From positions 161 to 64,160 of the forward strand of contig JBBATU010000005.1 of assembly GCA_040398565.1 (NCBI GenBank): a stretch of DNA of 64,000 nucleotides, given 5' to 3'. The stretch comes from Chakrabartia sp. GTDB taxonomy: Bacteria; Pseudomonadota; Alphaproteobacteria; Sphingomonadales; Sphingomonadaceae. Position numbers and translations under genes: made by a program. Positions 39,156 through 47,851 of this stretch are shown here, one piece after another. The notes under the pieces were generated by a model. The model was not told the DNA's origin. It saw nothing but the letters and a program-made list of their open reading frames with translations, and searched no databases. The stretch's first letter is position 1; the number at the start of each line of letters is the position of its first letter.

Positions 39156-40246
39156 TCTGGCGAGACCTTTGAAAAATCGAGATCGCGCGCCGTAAAGACA
39201 CGAATAGGCTCGCCTTGGCGCACCCGCACGGTGGGTGAAATTTGGGCTGTCTGGCCGACGGCCGCCGCCGCTGCAGATTGCCCGCCACTTGCAATCACAA
39301 CACCTGCATTGCCGCCAATGGCGGACAAGCCCCCGACAACAGACAAGAGCATGGCCGAGCCAAAGCGTTCGAAGAACCGCGTGTTTACCTTACCCGCAAG
39401 ACCCGTCTCACCAGAAAAGCCAACAGCAGGGGAGGCAATGTTGACAGAGGCCCCATCGGGGCGGATCAACCGTGTCCAAATGACATAAGCCCGCTTCTGC
39501 CCGGCTTGAAGGCCGCTTCGATATTGGCCAATCAGCCGAGACGAGCGGGGGATGAGAATTCGCGTTCCATCAAAAGACCGGACGTCGGCAGACACAATCG
39601 CGCGGACAAAGCCCGGCACATCGGTATCAATCGCCGTTTCCAAAACGGCGGGGATCAAGGTTCCCTGGGTGACGGTTGTTTTGGGGTTCATGCCCGCAGT
39701 CGCCACCGCCGTGCCGCCGCCAACGCCGCCAACACGCGCCGCAAAATCCTCGCTTGTATTGCCTGCTCCGCCCATTGCCGCCGCCGGGGCTGCAGGCGCC
39801 ACTGCGGGCAGAGCACTTGCATCAAAAACAACGGCTGGTGATGCATAGGGGTTGGTCACCACGGCTGCAGGTTGGGCCGGTGTGGCTGCATTTACGGCCG
39901 CTGGAATGGGGGGTTGTTCCCCTTGGCCGGGAAGCGGTGTGATGGCAGCGGCGGGGACCGGAGGCGGCACATCCGCTGCCGATGCCGGGGTGGGCGCAGC
40001 CATCTGAGCAGCATTTGCTGGGGTCTGCGGATTTCTGGAGGCGTTCAGTCCAATCAGCGTGGTGGCGCCAAGAATGCCGACAAAGGCGATACCCGCGAAA
40101 AGCGCCAGACCGTCGCGGCCAGGACGGCGCTGGGTGACAAGCGGCAAAGTTGACCGGGTGGCGAGTGTTTCCGACTCCAACACGCTTGTGTCTCTGGGAT
40201 CTTCTAGGTCAGATGCCTGTTCTGTGATCTGGCGGTTTGGACGCAT
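39152..40246 (-). CDS. virB10: Type IV secretion protein VirB10 (TrbI family)
   Basis: 364 aa. N-terminal TM (LALFAGIAFVGILGATTLIGL), Pro/Ala-rich linker, C-terminal TrbI barrel (GTLIPAVLETAIDTDVPGFVRAIV...IWTRLIRPDG). Confidence 0.88.
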   Translation of the reverse strand: MRPNRQITEQASDLEDPRDTSVLESETLATRSTLPLVTQRRPGRDGLALFAGIAFVGILGATTLIGLNASRNPQTPANAAQMAAPTPASAADVPPPVPAAAITPLPGQGEQPPIPAAVNAATPAQPAAVVTNPYASPAVVFDASALPAVAPAAPAAAMGGAGNTSEDFAARVGGVGGGTAVATAGMNPKTTVTQGTLIPAVLETAIDTDVPGFVRAIVSADVRSFDGTRILIPRSSRLIGQYRSGLQAGQKRAYVIWTRLIRPDGASVNIASPAVGFSGETGLAGKVNTRFFERFGSAMLLSVVGGLSAIGGNAGVVIASGGQSAAAAAVGQTAQISPTVRVRQGEPIRVFTARDLDFSKVSPE

Positions 40247-40249
40247 CGC

Positions 40250-41035
40250 TTAGTCTCCGACCTTATTGGCAGCCGGGGCTGCGCTCTCAATCGCCTTGGG
40301 CGCGCCCTGATATTCAAGGCTGGCGACATTGCGCCCAGACCGCAGAATCAACGCCGCAGGAACACCATCAACCACAATCAGGCCATCGCGCACGGCATAA
40401 TTGACGGGCCCCTCTGCACCTTTGACATCCCGCACCAAGATTGCCGGCATTTCGGCAGATGCAGGCCAGGCAAGATAGACAAATTGTCCATCGTCATAGA
40501 CTTTTGACGGAAGCAGGCTGGGTGCCCCTGTTTTCTTCCAAGCATAGTTCAAATCTGCCGGGTCAACGGGTCGTGCCAAGGGGGATCCACTGGCAAGTTC
40601 GCTTTCCTCGGGCGTTAACAGGGGCGCAGAGGACGCGGCTGTTTTCTTTGGCGCATCGGGATAGGTGAAGCGCAACTGATAAACAGGCGCGAGGGCAGGG
40701 TTGGCAACAAGATCGAGAAAATAGGTGTGCCGGTCGGTCACCACGGTCAAGTTCGTCCGGCCGCGGGCGACCAGGGGTTTGACGAATAAGAGGTTGGCCC
40801 GCTTATTGGGCGTGATCTGCCAATTGGTGGAATCACCAATGGCTACATTTTCAATCTGCTCATCCTCGCCAAAGGCAATGACGGCCTGCACGCCAAGTTG
40901 CGCATCAACACGGACGATATCGTCCTTGGCAAACATATGGCTTACAAGCCGGGCATCGCGCGCCATGACGGGGGTGGCGGCCACCATCAAGAGCGCCAGG
41001 CCGCCAAGCGCAAAAGAACGGATCATTTTGGTCAT
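40250..41035 (-). CDS. virB9: Type IV secretion protein VirB9 (TrbG/CagX family)
   Basis: 261 aa. Signal peptide MIRSFALGGLALLMVAATPVMA. NWQITPNKRANLLFVKP and TNLTVVTDRHTYFLDL are typical of VirB9. Confidence 0.88.
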   Translation of the reverse strand: MTKMIRSFALGGLALLMVAATPVMARDARLVSHMFAKDDIVRVDAQLGVQAVIAFGEDEQIENVAIGDSTNWQITPNKRANLLFVKPLVARGRTNLTVVTDRHTYFLDLVANPALAPVYQLRFTYPDAPKKTAASSAPLLTPEESELASGSPLARPVDPADLNYAWKKTGAPSLLPSKVYDDGQFVYLAWPASAEMPAILVRDVKGAEGPVNYAVRDGLIVVDGVPAALILRSGRNVASLEYQGAPKAIESAAPAANKVGD

Positions 41036-42213
41036 CTCTCTTTTCTGGCTGCACCGGGCTTGCGGAACTGGCTCCCAATTCCCCGTGCCCGCGCAGCTGG
41101 GCCACCTCTGGGCTGCGATGCACTTTCAACTGTGGCTTGGATGATCATCCGCTGAGGCGCACTGGCGGCCCCCGCCAGCGGCGCTCCGGCGGACGCGGCA
41201 GCTGGCTCCAGCCCCCCGACGGTCGCAATCCGCCGACTGCTATAGCCCATAGAGCCAGTAGCTGCTGACGACATAAGGGGTGCTGCATCGTTGAAGGGCA
41301 GTGAGCGTGTGGCACTCGACCCTTCGCCAGCCTGTGGAGCTGCAAGGCCAAAGGCGTTCCAAGCGGCAACCATAGCCGCCGTCACTTTGATCACCAGAAT
41401 CATCAACGCCATGTGAATAGACGCAATCATAAAGAGAGCGAGGGCGGCACGGCCATTTATCCCTTCGGCATCCACGAGCGTTCGCAGAACCGGGATCAGC
41501 AGCTCCAGCATCAGCCCTCCGCCGACTACGACAAACAGTGGCGTGACGGCCATGATAACGACCCCGCGCAGCCACCCGGCACACAGACCCTTGGTCGGTC
41601 CGAACAAAGCCAAAACGACAAAAACGGGCCCAACGGCCAAAAGGATGGCCAAGGCAATCCGTGCAGTCACCAAAACGCCAATGGTCCCCAGCATCAACAG
41701 CAAGGCCCCGAGCCACATCAGATTTCCCGGCGTAAAACTGCCCGAGGCAGCCGCACTTGCGGCACCTTCAGGCCCGGCGCTTGTGGCATCTGCTGCTTGG
41801 GTGACCAGTTGGAACACCAAATCTATTCTGGAAGCGAAGATTTCTGTCGCAGAACCCTGTGTCCCAGAGATGATCGCTGCAATTTGGTCTGGCGCGCCAA
41901 GCGCAATCGCCCACACCACATTTTGATAGGCAACCCAGCTTGTTGCAAAAGTCAGAACCAGACCAAGCGTGATGAAGCGGGGCGTCAGGGCAGATATGCC
42001 AATCCGGCTGCGCCCCGTGAGCAGGGAGATGGCAAAAAAGGCGATATAGAGCGTGAGCAAAATGGTGAGCGCGGGCAGCAAAGCGCCCTGACCCCCAAAT
42101 AATCGGCCAAAGGCGGTTGCTGTCATCTCATTCGACAAACAGTCGACCGCGCGCAACGCCGCCAACACGCCATCCGACGCATTCTCAACCAAAGGCGCGC
42201 ACTGGCCGCTCAC
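41032..42213 (-). CDS. virB6: Type IV secretion protein VirB6 (TrbL family)
   Basis: Polytopic TrbL/VirB6-like protein with a low-complexity Ala/Ser/Gly tail. Preferred start is GTG 42213, which overlaps the virB4 stop (GTGA) with AAGAGG 7 nt upstream. The listed ORF extends to 42258. Confidence 0.75.
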   Translation of the reverse strand: MSGQCAPLVENASDGVLAALRAVDCLSNEMTATAFGRLFGGQGALLPALTILLTLYIAFFAISLLTGRSRIGISALTPRFITLGLVLTFATSWVAYQNVVWAIALGAPDQIAAIISGTQGSATEIFASRIDLVFQLVTQAADATSAGPEGAASAAASGSFTPGNLMWLGALLLMLGTIGVLVTARIALAILLAVGPVFVVLALFGPTKGLCAGWLRGVVIMAVTPLFVVVGGGLMLELLIPVLRTLVDAEGINGRAALALFMIASIHMALMILVIKVTAAMVAAWNAFGLAAPQAGEGSSATRSLPFNDAAPLMSSAATGSMGYSSRRIATVGGLEPAAASAGAPLAGAASAPQRMIIQATVESASQPRGGPAARARGIGSQFRKPGAARKER

Positions 42214-44630
42214 TCGGCGGCCTCTTGAGCGTAATGCTGCGTATCGCCTTCGGGCCAAGCCGTGCCCGTCAGGCGTTCAAACCACGCGGATGGGGCATCA
42301 CCCGTTTCAGAGCGAATAGCATCCAGCCGTCGAACAATGCTCTCTCGACCCGACAGCACCATCAAAAGCTCTGGCATCATCGACAAATCAAGCCGTACAA
42401 CGACGGAGGCGTCAGGCTGGCGGATCAGGAAGCAGCGGCTGTGCGCGGGCAGCGTGCGGATGAGGTCCAACTCATGCAGCGTCAGCCCGAATCCCTCGCA
42501 ATAATCCTCTGGCCTTGCCCGAGCATTGGGCATGAAGATCATCGTCGCCGTTTGTTCGACAAGCGCCGTTGAAATCCGGCTATCAAGGGCATCGCGCGCC
42601 GATTGTGTCGCAAACCCAACAAGCGCGTTGCGTTTACGCAATGTCTTGAGCCAATCCCGGATGCGCGCGGCAAACACTTCATCATCCAGCGCTTTCCAGC
42701 CTTCATCAATCAAGATCATGGTTGGCTGCCCGTCCAGACGTTCCTCAATCCGGTGGAAGAGATACATCATGGTCGGTGTGCGGAGGCGTGGCGTTTCCAA
42801 CAGCGCCGTCATATCGAACCCTAGGGTCGGGCAAGACAGATCCATCCGGTCGTCGGCATTATCGAACAGCCACCCAAATTCGCCGCCCTCAATCCAAGCC
42901 TCTAGCCGACTGCCAAGGTCTCCGGGCTGCGGACGGCGCGTGCCTGCGAGCAATTCACGGAAATGGGTGAGGCGTCGAAGGGACGGATCATTAACATAGG
43001 CCGCATCGACCGCCGATGCGATGATGGCATGTTCTTCCGGCCCCTGGGCTGCCAGCAGAACGCCCAGCCAATCCCTCAAAAACGCGCGGTTGACCGGCGT
43101 GTCGGGCAGTGCAAGCGGATTAAAGCCGCTCGGCTCTCCGGTCGAGATCCGGCTATACCGCCCGCCAATGCCGCGCACGAAGACTTCTGCCCCACGATCC
43201 TTATCGAAGAGGATGGTGCGCGGATTGAATTTTTGGGCTTGGGCCGCAAGAAAATTCATAACCACGGTCTTGCCTGAACCGGACGGGCCAATGACCGTGA
43301 AATTGCCGAGATCACCATGGTGGAAGTTGAAGAAGAAGGGAGTCGCGCTGGTTGTTTGCAACAGCGAGACGGCCTCTCCCCAATGATTGCCAGAGGCCTG
43401 CCCCATGGAAAAGCCATGCAGCGACCCGAAACAGGCCATATTGGCGCTGGAAATGAGCGCACGCCGGACAAGAAAGGCCTCATTGCCGGGGAATTGCCCC
43501 CAGAAACAGGGCTCTAAATTCACATCCTCACGAACCGCAATTGCGCCAAGATCGGCCAGCGCTGCCGAACAAGCCGCCGTTGCTTCATCGAGCGCTGCCA
43601 ATCGATCGCTGCGCACGAGCACCGACAAATGGTGATCCCCAAACCCAACGGCGCCCACGCCAAGCGCATCGCGCGCAGATTGCATTTCGCGCCGTTCCGC
43701 CAATGCCTCTTCATCCGCAGAGCGCAAGCGCCGCACGGCAAGGTCGATCCTCTCTCTGGCAACCTGCCTGTCGCTCGGCGCATAGGTTTCGCAAAGAACC
43801 ATTTCATAAGGCAGGCGCATCAAGGCGTCGGTAAAGCCGGGCGAGGTGCTGTCGGGATAATCTTTCAGGCTCAAAATAGAGGCAAAGCTTGGCCCATCTG
43901 GTCCGCGAAGCTCCAGCGCGTCGAGGCCAAAGCTGATCCGCTTATAGGGCAGCATGCCGCCGATCCGTGTGTCTGCCGAAGGCCGGCGCACAGGCCGCAT
44001 CTCTCCATTATAAATCGCAGACAGCAGCTCCAGAATCTCTGAACACGGGCCACTGCGCCCCGGATAATCACCAAGCAGCCGCGCCCCATAAGGGGCCAAG
44101 GCGGAGGCAAGAGAACCTGCCGCCGCCCGCAAACTGCGGACATCTCCCGCATCCGCCTGCGGGCCTTCCGCACCTTTGCGCTGAATCAGGCGGGATATGC
44201 GCTCTGGCCAGCCCGCTTTGCCCCGGGCGGGGCGACGCACCAATGTAATGAACTGGTCGTTCACAAACATACTGCCGCTGGCGAGCCGACCCTGCCATTG
44301 ATCATCAATATATTGGGCCAAAGGATCCGTATATTGTCCATCCAGCCCGACTTTGACGCGGCGGCGGATAATGTGGTGGTAGAGCACGAAGCGCGCATCC
44401 AGCACACTGCGGAGCAACACTTCGCGCGTTGCCGCATGCGCATTCAGCTCCACTGTATCGGCGGTTTCAAAGCTGATCCCGGGGACGACCAGCGCCGTCA
44501 TCAAAGCGCCATCTTCCAGCAGGACGATATCGTCATCCAATAGGTCACGATAGGGCAGCCGATCCCCGGCCAGCGCTTCTGCACGCTTCAGGATCGACCT
44601 TAGGCCCTTATTGCCAGAGAATAACGTCAT
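42210..44630 (-). CDS. virB4: Type IV secretion ATPase VirB4
   Basis: 806 aa. Walker A GPSGSGKTVVMNFL, Walker B-like TMILIDEGWKALD. The overall CagE/TrbE/VirB4 layout is present. Confidence 0.93.
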   Translation of the reverse strand: MTLFSGNKGLRSILKRAEALAGDRLPYRDLLDDDIVLLEDGALMTALVVPGISFETADTVELNAHAATREVLLRSVLDARFVLYHHIIRRRVKVGLDGQYTDPLAQYIDDQWQGRLASGSMFVNDQFITLVRRPARGKAGWPERISRLIQRKGAEGPQADAGDVRSLRAAAGSLASALAPYGARLLGDYPGRSGPCSEILELLSAIYNGEMRPVRRPSADTRIGGMLPYKRISFGLDALELRGPDGPSFASILSLKDYPDSTSPGFTDALMRLPYEMVLCETYAPSDRQVARERIDLAVRRLRSADEEALAERREMQSARDALGVGAVGFGDHHLSVLVRSDRLAALDEATAACSAALADLGAIAVREDVNLEPCFWGQFPGNEAFLVRRALISSANMACFGSLHGFSMGQASGNHWGEAVSLLQTTSATPFFFNFHHGDLGNFTVIGPSGSGKTVVMNFLAAQAQKFNPRTILFDKDRGAEVFVRGIGGRYSRISTGEPSGFNPLALPDTPVNRAFLRDWLGVLLAAQGPEEHAIIASAVDAAYVNDPSLRRLTHFRELLAGTRRPQPGDLGSRLEAWIEGGEFGWLFDNADDRMDLSCPTLGFDMTALLETPRLRTPTMMYLFHRIEERLDGQPTMILIDEGWKALDDEVFAARIRDWLKTLRKRNALVGFATQSARDALDSRISTALVEQTATMIFMPNARARPEDYCEGFGLTLHELDLIRTLPAHSRCFLIRQPDASVVVRLDLSMMPELLMVLSGRESIVRRLDAIRSETGDAPSAWFERLTGTAWPEGDTQHYAQEAAE

Positions 44631-44645
44631 GATGCCTGCGCTCCT

Positions 44646-44933
44646 TCAGGCCGCGTAGCTATTACAGCCCCAGAATTGCCAGTTACGAACACGCGGCGTC
44701 CGCGACACTTTCGTGATCCAAAGATCAAAGACGCGGGGTTCCCGCAGACAGGCAATATATCCGATCGCATGAATGAGAAGTGCAATCGGCAGGGCTAGGA
44801 AACTTTTGGTGATCAAAAAGGCTTCGGTGGTGACCGCTGCGTTGATGATGAAGAAGCTATAGGTGACGCCGGCAAACATCTGAGGCCTTGTGAGGGCGCG
44901 ATGAACCGGGTGGCGAACAAGATCCACAATCAC
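44646..44933 (-). CDS. virB3: Type IV secretion protein VirB3
   Basis: 95 aa. RALTRPQMFAGVTYSFFIINAAV plus a second TM. Position between virB2 and virB4. Confidence 0.8.
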   Translation of the reverse strand: MIVDLVRHPVHRALTRPQMFAGVTYSFFIINAAVTTEAFLITKSFLALPIALLIHAIGYIACLREPRVFDLWITKVSRTPRVRNWQFWGCNSYAA

Positions 44934-44936
44934 TCC

Positions 44937-45242
44937 TCAACCAGCCGACGCGGCTTGGATGCCGGAAACGATCGCACTCGCCCCAAATAAGATGAAGCAG
45001 CCCAGAATGACCGTGGCGCCGAACCGCCAGTTCATCCGCCCGGTGAGCATCATAAAGCCAACCGCCGCAACCGCCATAACGGCCACGGCCGTTGCAACAT
45101 TGCCCAGCAATGTGCCTTGCATCCAGCTGAGCGCGGAAATGATCGGGCCAGAGCCTTGCGGGTTCACAGTCTGCGCAAATGCGGTCTGCGCGGGCAGCAG
45201 AGCCAGGCAGAAAGACAGGAAAAGGCGGCGCATGAACATCAT
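44937..45242 (-). CDS. virB2: VirB2/TrbC-family pilin
   Basis: 101 aa. Long signal peptide ending AFAQ, then two hydrophobic helices (LLGNVATAVAVMAVAAVGFMML...TVILGCFILFGASAIV). Confidence 0.75.
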   Translation of the reverse strand: MMFMRRLFLSFCLALLPAQTAFAQTVNPQGSGPIISALSWMQGTLLGNVATAVAVMAVAAVGFMMLTGRMNWRFGATVILGCFILFGASAIVSGIQAASAG

Positions 45243-45845
45243 TTATCTCCGGACTGGTAAGGACAAGCGGCCCATGATGGCCGAGACATAATTTTGGGTT
45301 TCGCGAATCCGCGGGATGCCATTGGCCTTGGCCACGCGGGCAGGCCCGGCATTATAGGCCGCCAGAGCTTTTTCCAAATCGCCGCCAAACATGTTGAGCA
45401 TCAGCCGGAGGTAACGCGCACCCCCTTCTAAATTGGCCAAAGGATCATCGGGGTTCACCCCCATGTCCCGCGCTGTGCCGGGCATCAACTGGGCAAGGCC
45501 TTTGGCGCCGACAGGAGAAACGGCACGCGGGTTCCAACGGCTTTCCTGCCAAACCACCGCCTCCAGCAAGCTGGGGCTCAGATCGTAGCGAACGGCGAGA
45601 CGAGCGATATGCGCCGTCCATTGCGCAGGGCCAACAGACGGAACGGCGATGGTTTCACTGGGGTTTTGGCTCGGGTTGGCAAGCCCTTTGTCGACTTCAT
45701 TAGGGCGTGATCCACTTGCGCCCCGTGCGACCCAAATAGATGAACCGCCGGAGATCTCGAGAACATCGGCAAAGGCCGCAGACGACAGGAGGAGCGACGC
45801 GCCAAACGCACCCATTACTCCTGCCAATTTTCCCGCGCGACTCAT
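45243..45845 (-). CDS. virB1: VirB1-like lytic transglycosylase (SLT domain)
   Basis: Start at MSRAGKLAGVMGAFGASLLLSSAAFA (ATG 45845, GGAG 7 nt upstream). SLT motifs VVWQESRWNPRAVSPVGAKGLAQLMPGT and AYNAGP. Confidence 0.8.
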   Translation of the reverse strand: MSRAGKLAGVMGAFGASLLLSSAAFADVLEISGGSSIWVARGASGSRPNEVDKGLANPSQNPSETIAVPSVGPAQWTAHIARLAVRYDLSPSLLEAVVWQESRWNPRAVSPVGAKGLAQLMPGTARDMGVNPDDPLANLEGGARYLRLMLNMFGGDLEKALAAYNAGPARVAKANGIPRIRETQNYVSAIMGRLSLPVRR

Positions 45846-45881
45846 CAAGATGCTCCAAAAAGCTAGAGGCCGTCGCATTGC

Positions 45882-45900
45882 GTCATTTACATGACAGTTT
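45882..45900 (-). promoter_or_regulatory. Candidate operator upstream of virB1: palindrome GTCAT-N4-ATGAC overlapping 12-mer AAACTGTCATGT (sense of the virB operon)
   Basis: The palindrome is at 45882-45895. The 12-mer at 45889-45900 is the exact reverse complement of 46090-46101. It lies 44-55 nt upstream of the virB1 ATG and is adjacent to a TTGAAA -35-like hexamer. Confidence 0.3.
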
Positions 45901-46089
45901 CAAGACTTTGGTCGCTTACCCCGAGAATCGGCTCACGCCCTAAGGACCGGAATTTGGCAGGAAAACTAGGGTTTGATGTTGGCATATGTCCAGCTCAATG
46001 CGGGCCTTAGGCAAGAACGCAGCCGAAGGCGAAGAGGGTTCGCAACAGCCACATTATTGTCTGCAAAACCCTGTCAAATAAGTGAAAAA

Positions 46090-46101
46090 AAACTGTCATG
46101 T
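46090..46101 (+). promoter_or_regulatory. Second copy of the 12-mer AAACTGTCATGT upstream of the lipoprotein/TonB-receptor operon
   Basis: An exact 12/12 match, in sense orientation relative to the downstream gene. Lies 72-83 nt upstream of GTG 46173, in an A/T-rich stretch. Confidence 0.3.
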
Positions 46102-46172
46102 TTCTCTTCTAATAGAACGGGGCGCGTTGGCAGAATCATCTGGCCCGCAAGATTTTGTTAAGGGGATACATC

Positions 46173-47768
46173 GTGAAGAATTTTCAAGGCTTCGCCCTTG
46201 CCGGCTGCAGCGCCCTCGCGCTCGCTGGTTGCGGCCCAAGCGATATCGCTTCGCCTGGCTCGGGTGGCAATGTCACCATTAATTACCCGACAAGCGGCAC
46301 AAGCGGCGGTGGAAGTTCAAGCGGCGGCGGCACGGTCACAGCAGCAGCCGGTTGCCCGACAATCTCCGATCCCCAAGGCCTGACGGATGCTGGCACGATC
46401 ACCGGCCCGACGGGCACTTGGCGTGTTTGCCAGTTGCCCCGCACAATCAAGACGTCAACGACCTTGCCGAAGGTTGCCGGCCTGCTTTATTCGATGAATG
46501 GCCGGGTCGACGTTGGCTGCGATGGCGGCTTCACTGCTCCGACATCTAGCGCTGCTTATACATCGACCACATTGGGCTGCACGACCGCTTTGACAGCTGA
46601 TACGAACGTTACGTTGACCATCGAGCCGGGAGTGATCCTTTTTGGCAATACCGGACAATCTTGGTTGGCAGTCAATCGCGGCAATAAGATCTCAGCTGTT
46701 GGCTCGGCCACTAAGCCGATCGTTTTCACGAGCCGTGACAATGTTCTGGGCCTTGTTGATGATACATCGCAGGGCCAATGGGGCGGCGTTGTGCTTTTGG
46801 GTCGCGCTCCGACAACCGATTGCAACGTTGGCACGGTCGCCGCGAGCACGTGTGAACGCGATACAGAAGGCGCTGCAGATCTTGCGCGCTTTGGCGGCAA
46901 TAATTCTGCCGATAATAGCGGTAAGATGAGCTTTGTGCAGATCCGCTATTCAGGCTTCGTCTTGGGTGCGGGACGTGAGCTTCAGGCTCTGACAACCGAG
47001 TCGATCGGATCTGGTACGGTTTTGAACAATATTCAGTCGCATAACAGCTCTGACGACGGCAGCGAGTTTTTTGGCGGCGTTGTGAACATGAAATATTATG
47101 TGGCAACTGGCGCTGATGATGACAGCTTGGATGTCGACACGGGCGCTCAGATGAACGTGCAATATGCCTTGCTTCTGCCACGCAGCGGCAAGGGCGACGC
47201 CCTGTTTGAAATCGACAGTAACGGCAATGAAACGGATACCCCGCGTACCAAGCTGCAGGTTTCAAACTTCCTGGCTATTCAGCCGCAAACCAGCGCAGAT
47301 AACGAGGCGAACGACCAAGCGGCATCCCTTTTCCGTGGAAATTCCGACACGACCTTGGTCAACGGCGTTCTGCTTGCCCCGAACAATGAGTGCATTCGCA
47401 TGAATGGCTCGGGAACAACGCCGGCATCGCTCACAGTAAGGTCGGTTGTGCTTCAATGTAACACAACCAAGTTCCTTGGCTCTGGCAGCTTTACTGCTGC
47501 GCAGGTCTCGGGCTTTTTTGGATCTGGCTCTAACAACAACAATGATGCCTTCACCCCGACGCTTGCCAACTTGTTTGTCAACGGCACCAATGAAACGGGT
47601 GTGACGGCATTTGATGCATCGACCCTGTCCTCATATTTCACGAAGACGACCTATATTGCCGCTGTCCAGAACAGCTCAGACACTTGGTATGCGGGTTGGA
47701 CATGTAACAGTGCGACGGCCAATTTCGGCAGTACCTCAACGGCTTGCACCTCGCTGCCAACGACCTGA
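46173..47768 (+). CDS. Lipoprotein of unknown function, Gly/Ser/Thr/Asn/Cys-rich, possibly beta-helical
   Basis: GTG 46173 with AAGGGGA 6 nt upstream. Signal peptide with lipobox ALAGC, then a GGGSSSGGG linker. Repetitive short beta-strand-like segments, 12 further Cys, and C-terminal WYAGWTC. I recognise no catalytic motif. Confidence 0.6.
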   Translation: MKNFQGFALAGCSALALAGCGPSDIASPGSGGNVTINYPTSGTSGGGSSSGGGTVTAAAGCPTISDPQGLTDAGTITGPTGTWRVCQLPRTIKTSTTLPKVAGLLYSMNGRVDVGCDGGFTAPTSSAAYTSTTLGCTTALTADTNVTLTIEPGVILFGNTGQSWLAVNRGNKISAVGSATKPIVFTSRDNVLGLVDDTSQGQWGGVVLLGRAPTTDCNVGTVAASTCERDTEGAADLARFGGNNSADNSGKMSFVQIRYSGFVLGAGRELQALTTESIGSGTVLNNIQSHNSSDDGSEFFGGVVNMKYYVATGADDDSLDVDTGAQMNVQYALLLPRSGKGDALFEIDSNGNETDTPRTKLQVSNFLAIQPQTSADNEANDQAASLFRGNSDTTLVNGVLLAPNNECIRMNGSGTTPASLTVRSVVLQCNTTKFLGSGSFTAAQVSGFFGSGSNNNNDAFTPTLANLFVNGTNETGVTAFDASTLSSYFTKTTYIAAVQNSSDTWYAGWTCNSATANFGSTSTACTSLPTT

Positions 47769-47794
47769 GGCTGAACGATTTTGAACACCATCTC

Positions 47795-47832
47795 GGGGGC
47801 GGTCAGTTGCTGGCTGCCCCCGTATCTCTTTT
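47795..47832 (+). terminator. Intercistronic hairpin (possible attenuator/partial terminator) between the lipoprotein and receptor genes
   Basis: GGGGGCGGTCAG / TTG loop / CTGGCTGCCCCC, a 12-bp stem with two G-U pairs, followed by GTATCTCTTTT. Confidence 0.35.
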
Positions 47833-47851
47833 GACCCTAGGGGGAAATAAA

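Noticed and set aside
45973-46161. 62-aa ORF inside the virB1/lipoprotein divergent intergenic region.
   Set aside because: It has no RBS, an Arg-rich unstructured translation, and it overlaps the likely promoter region of the lipoprotein operon. It is probably non-coding.
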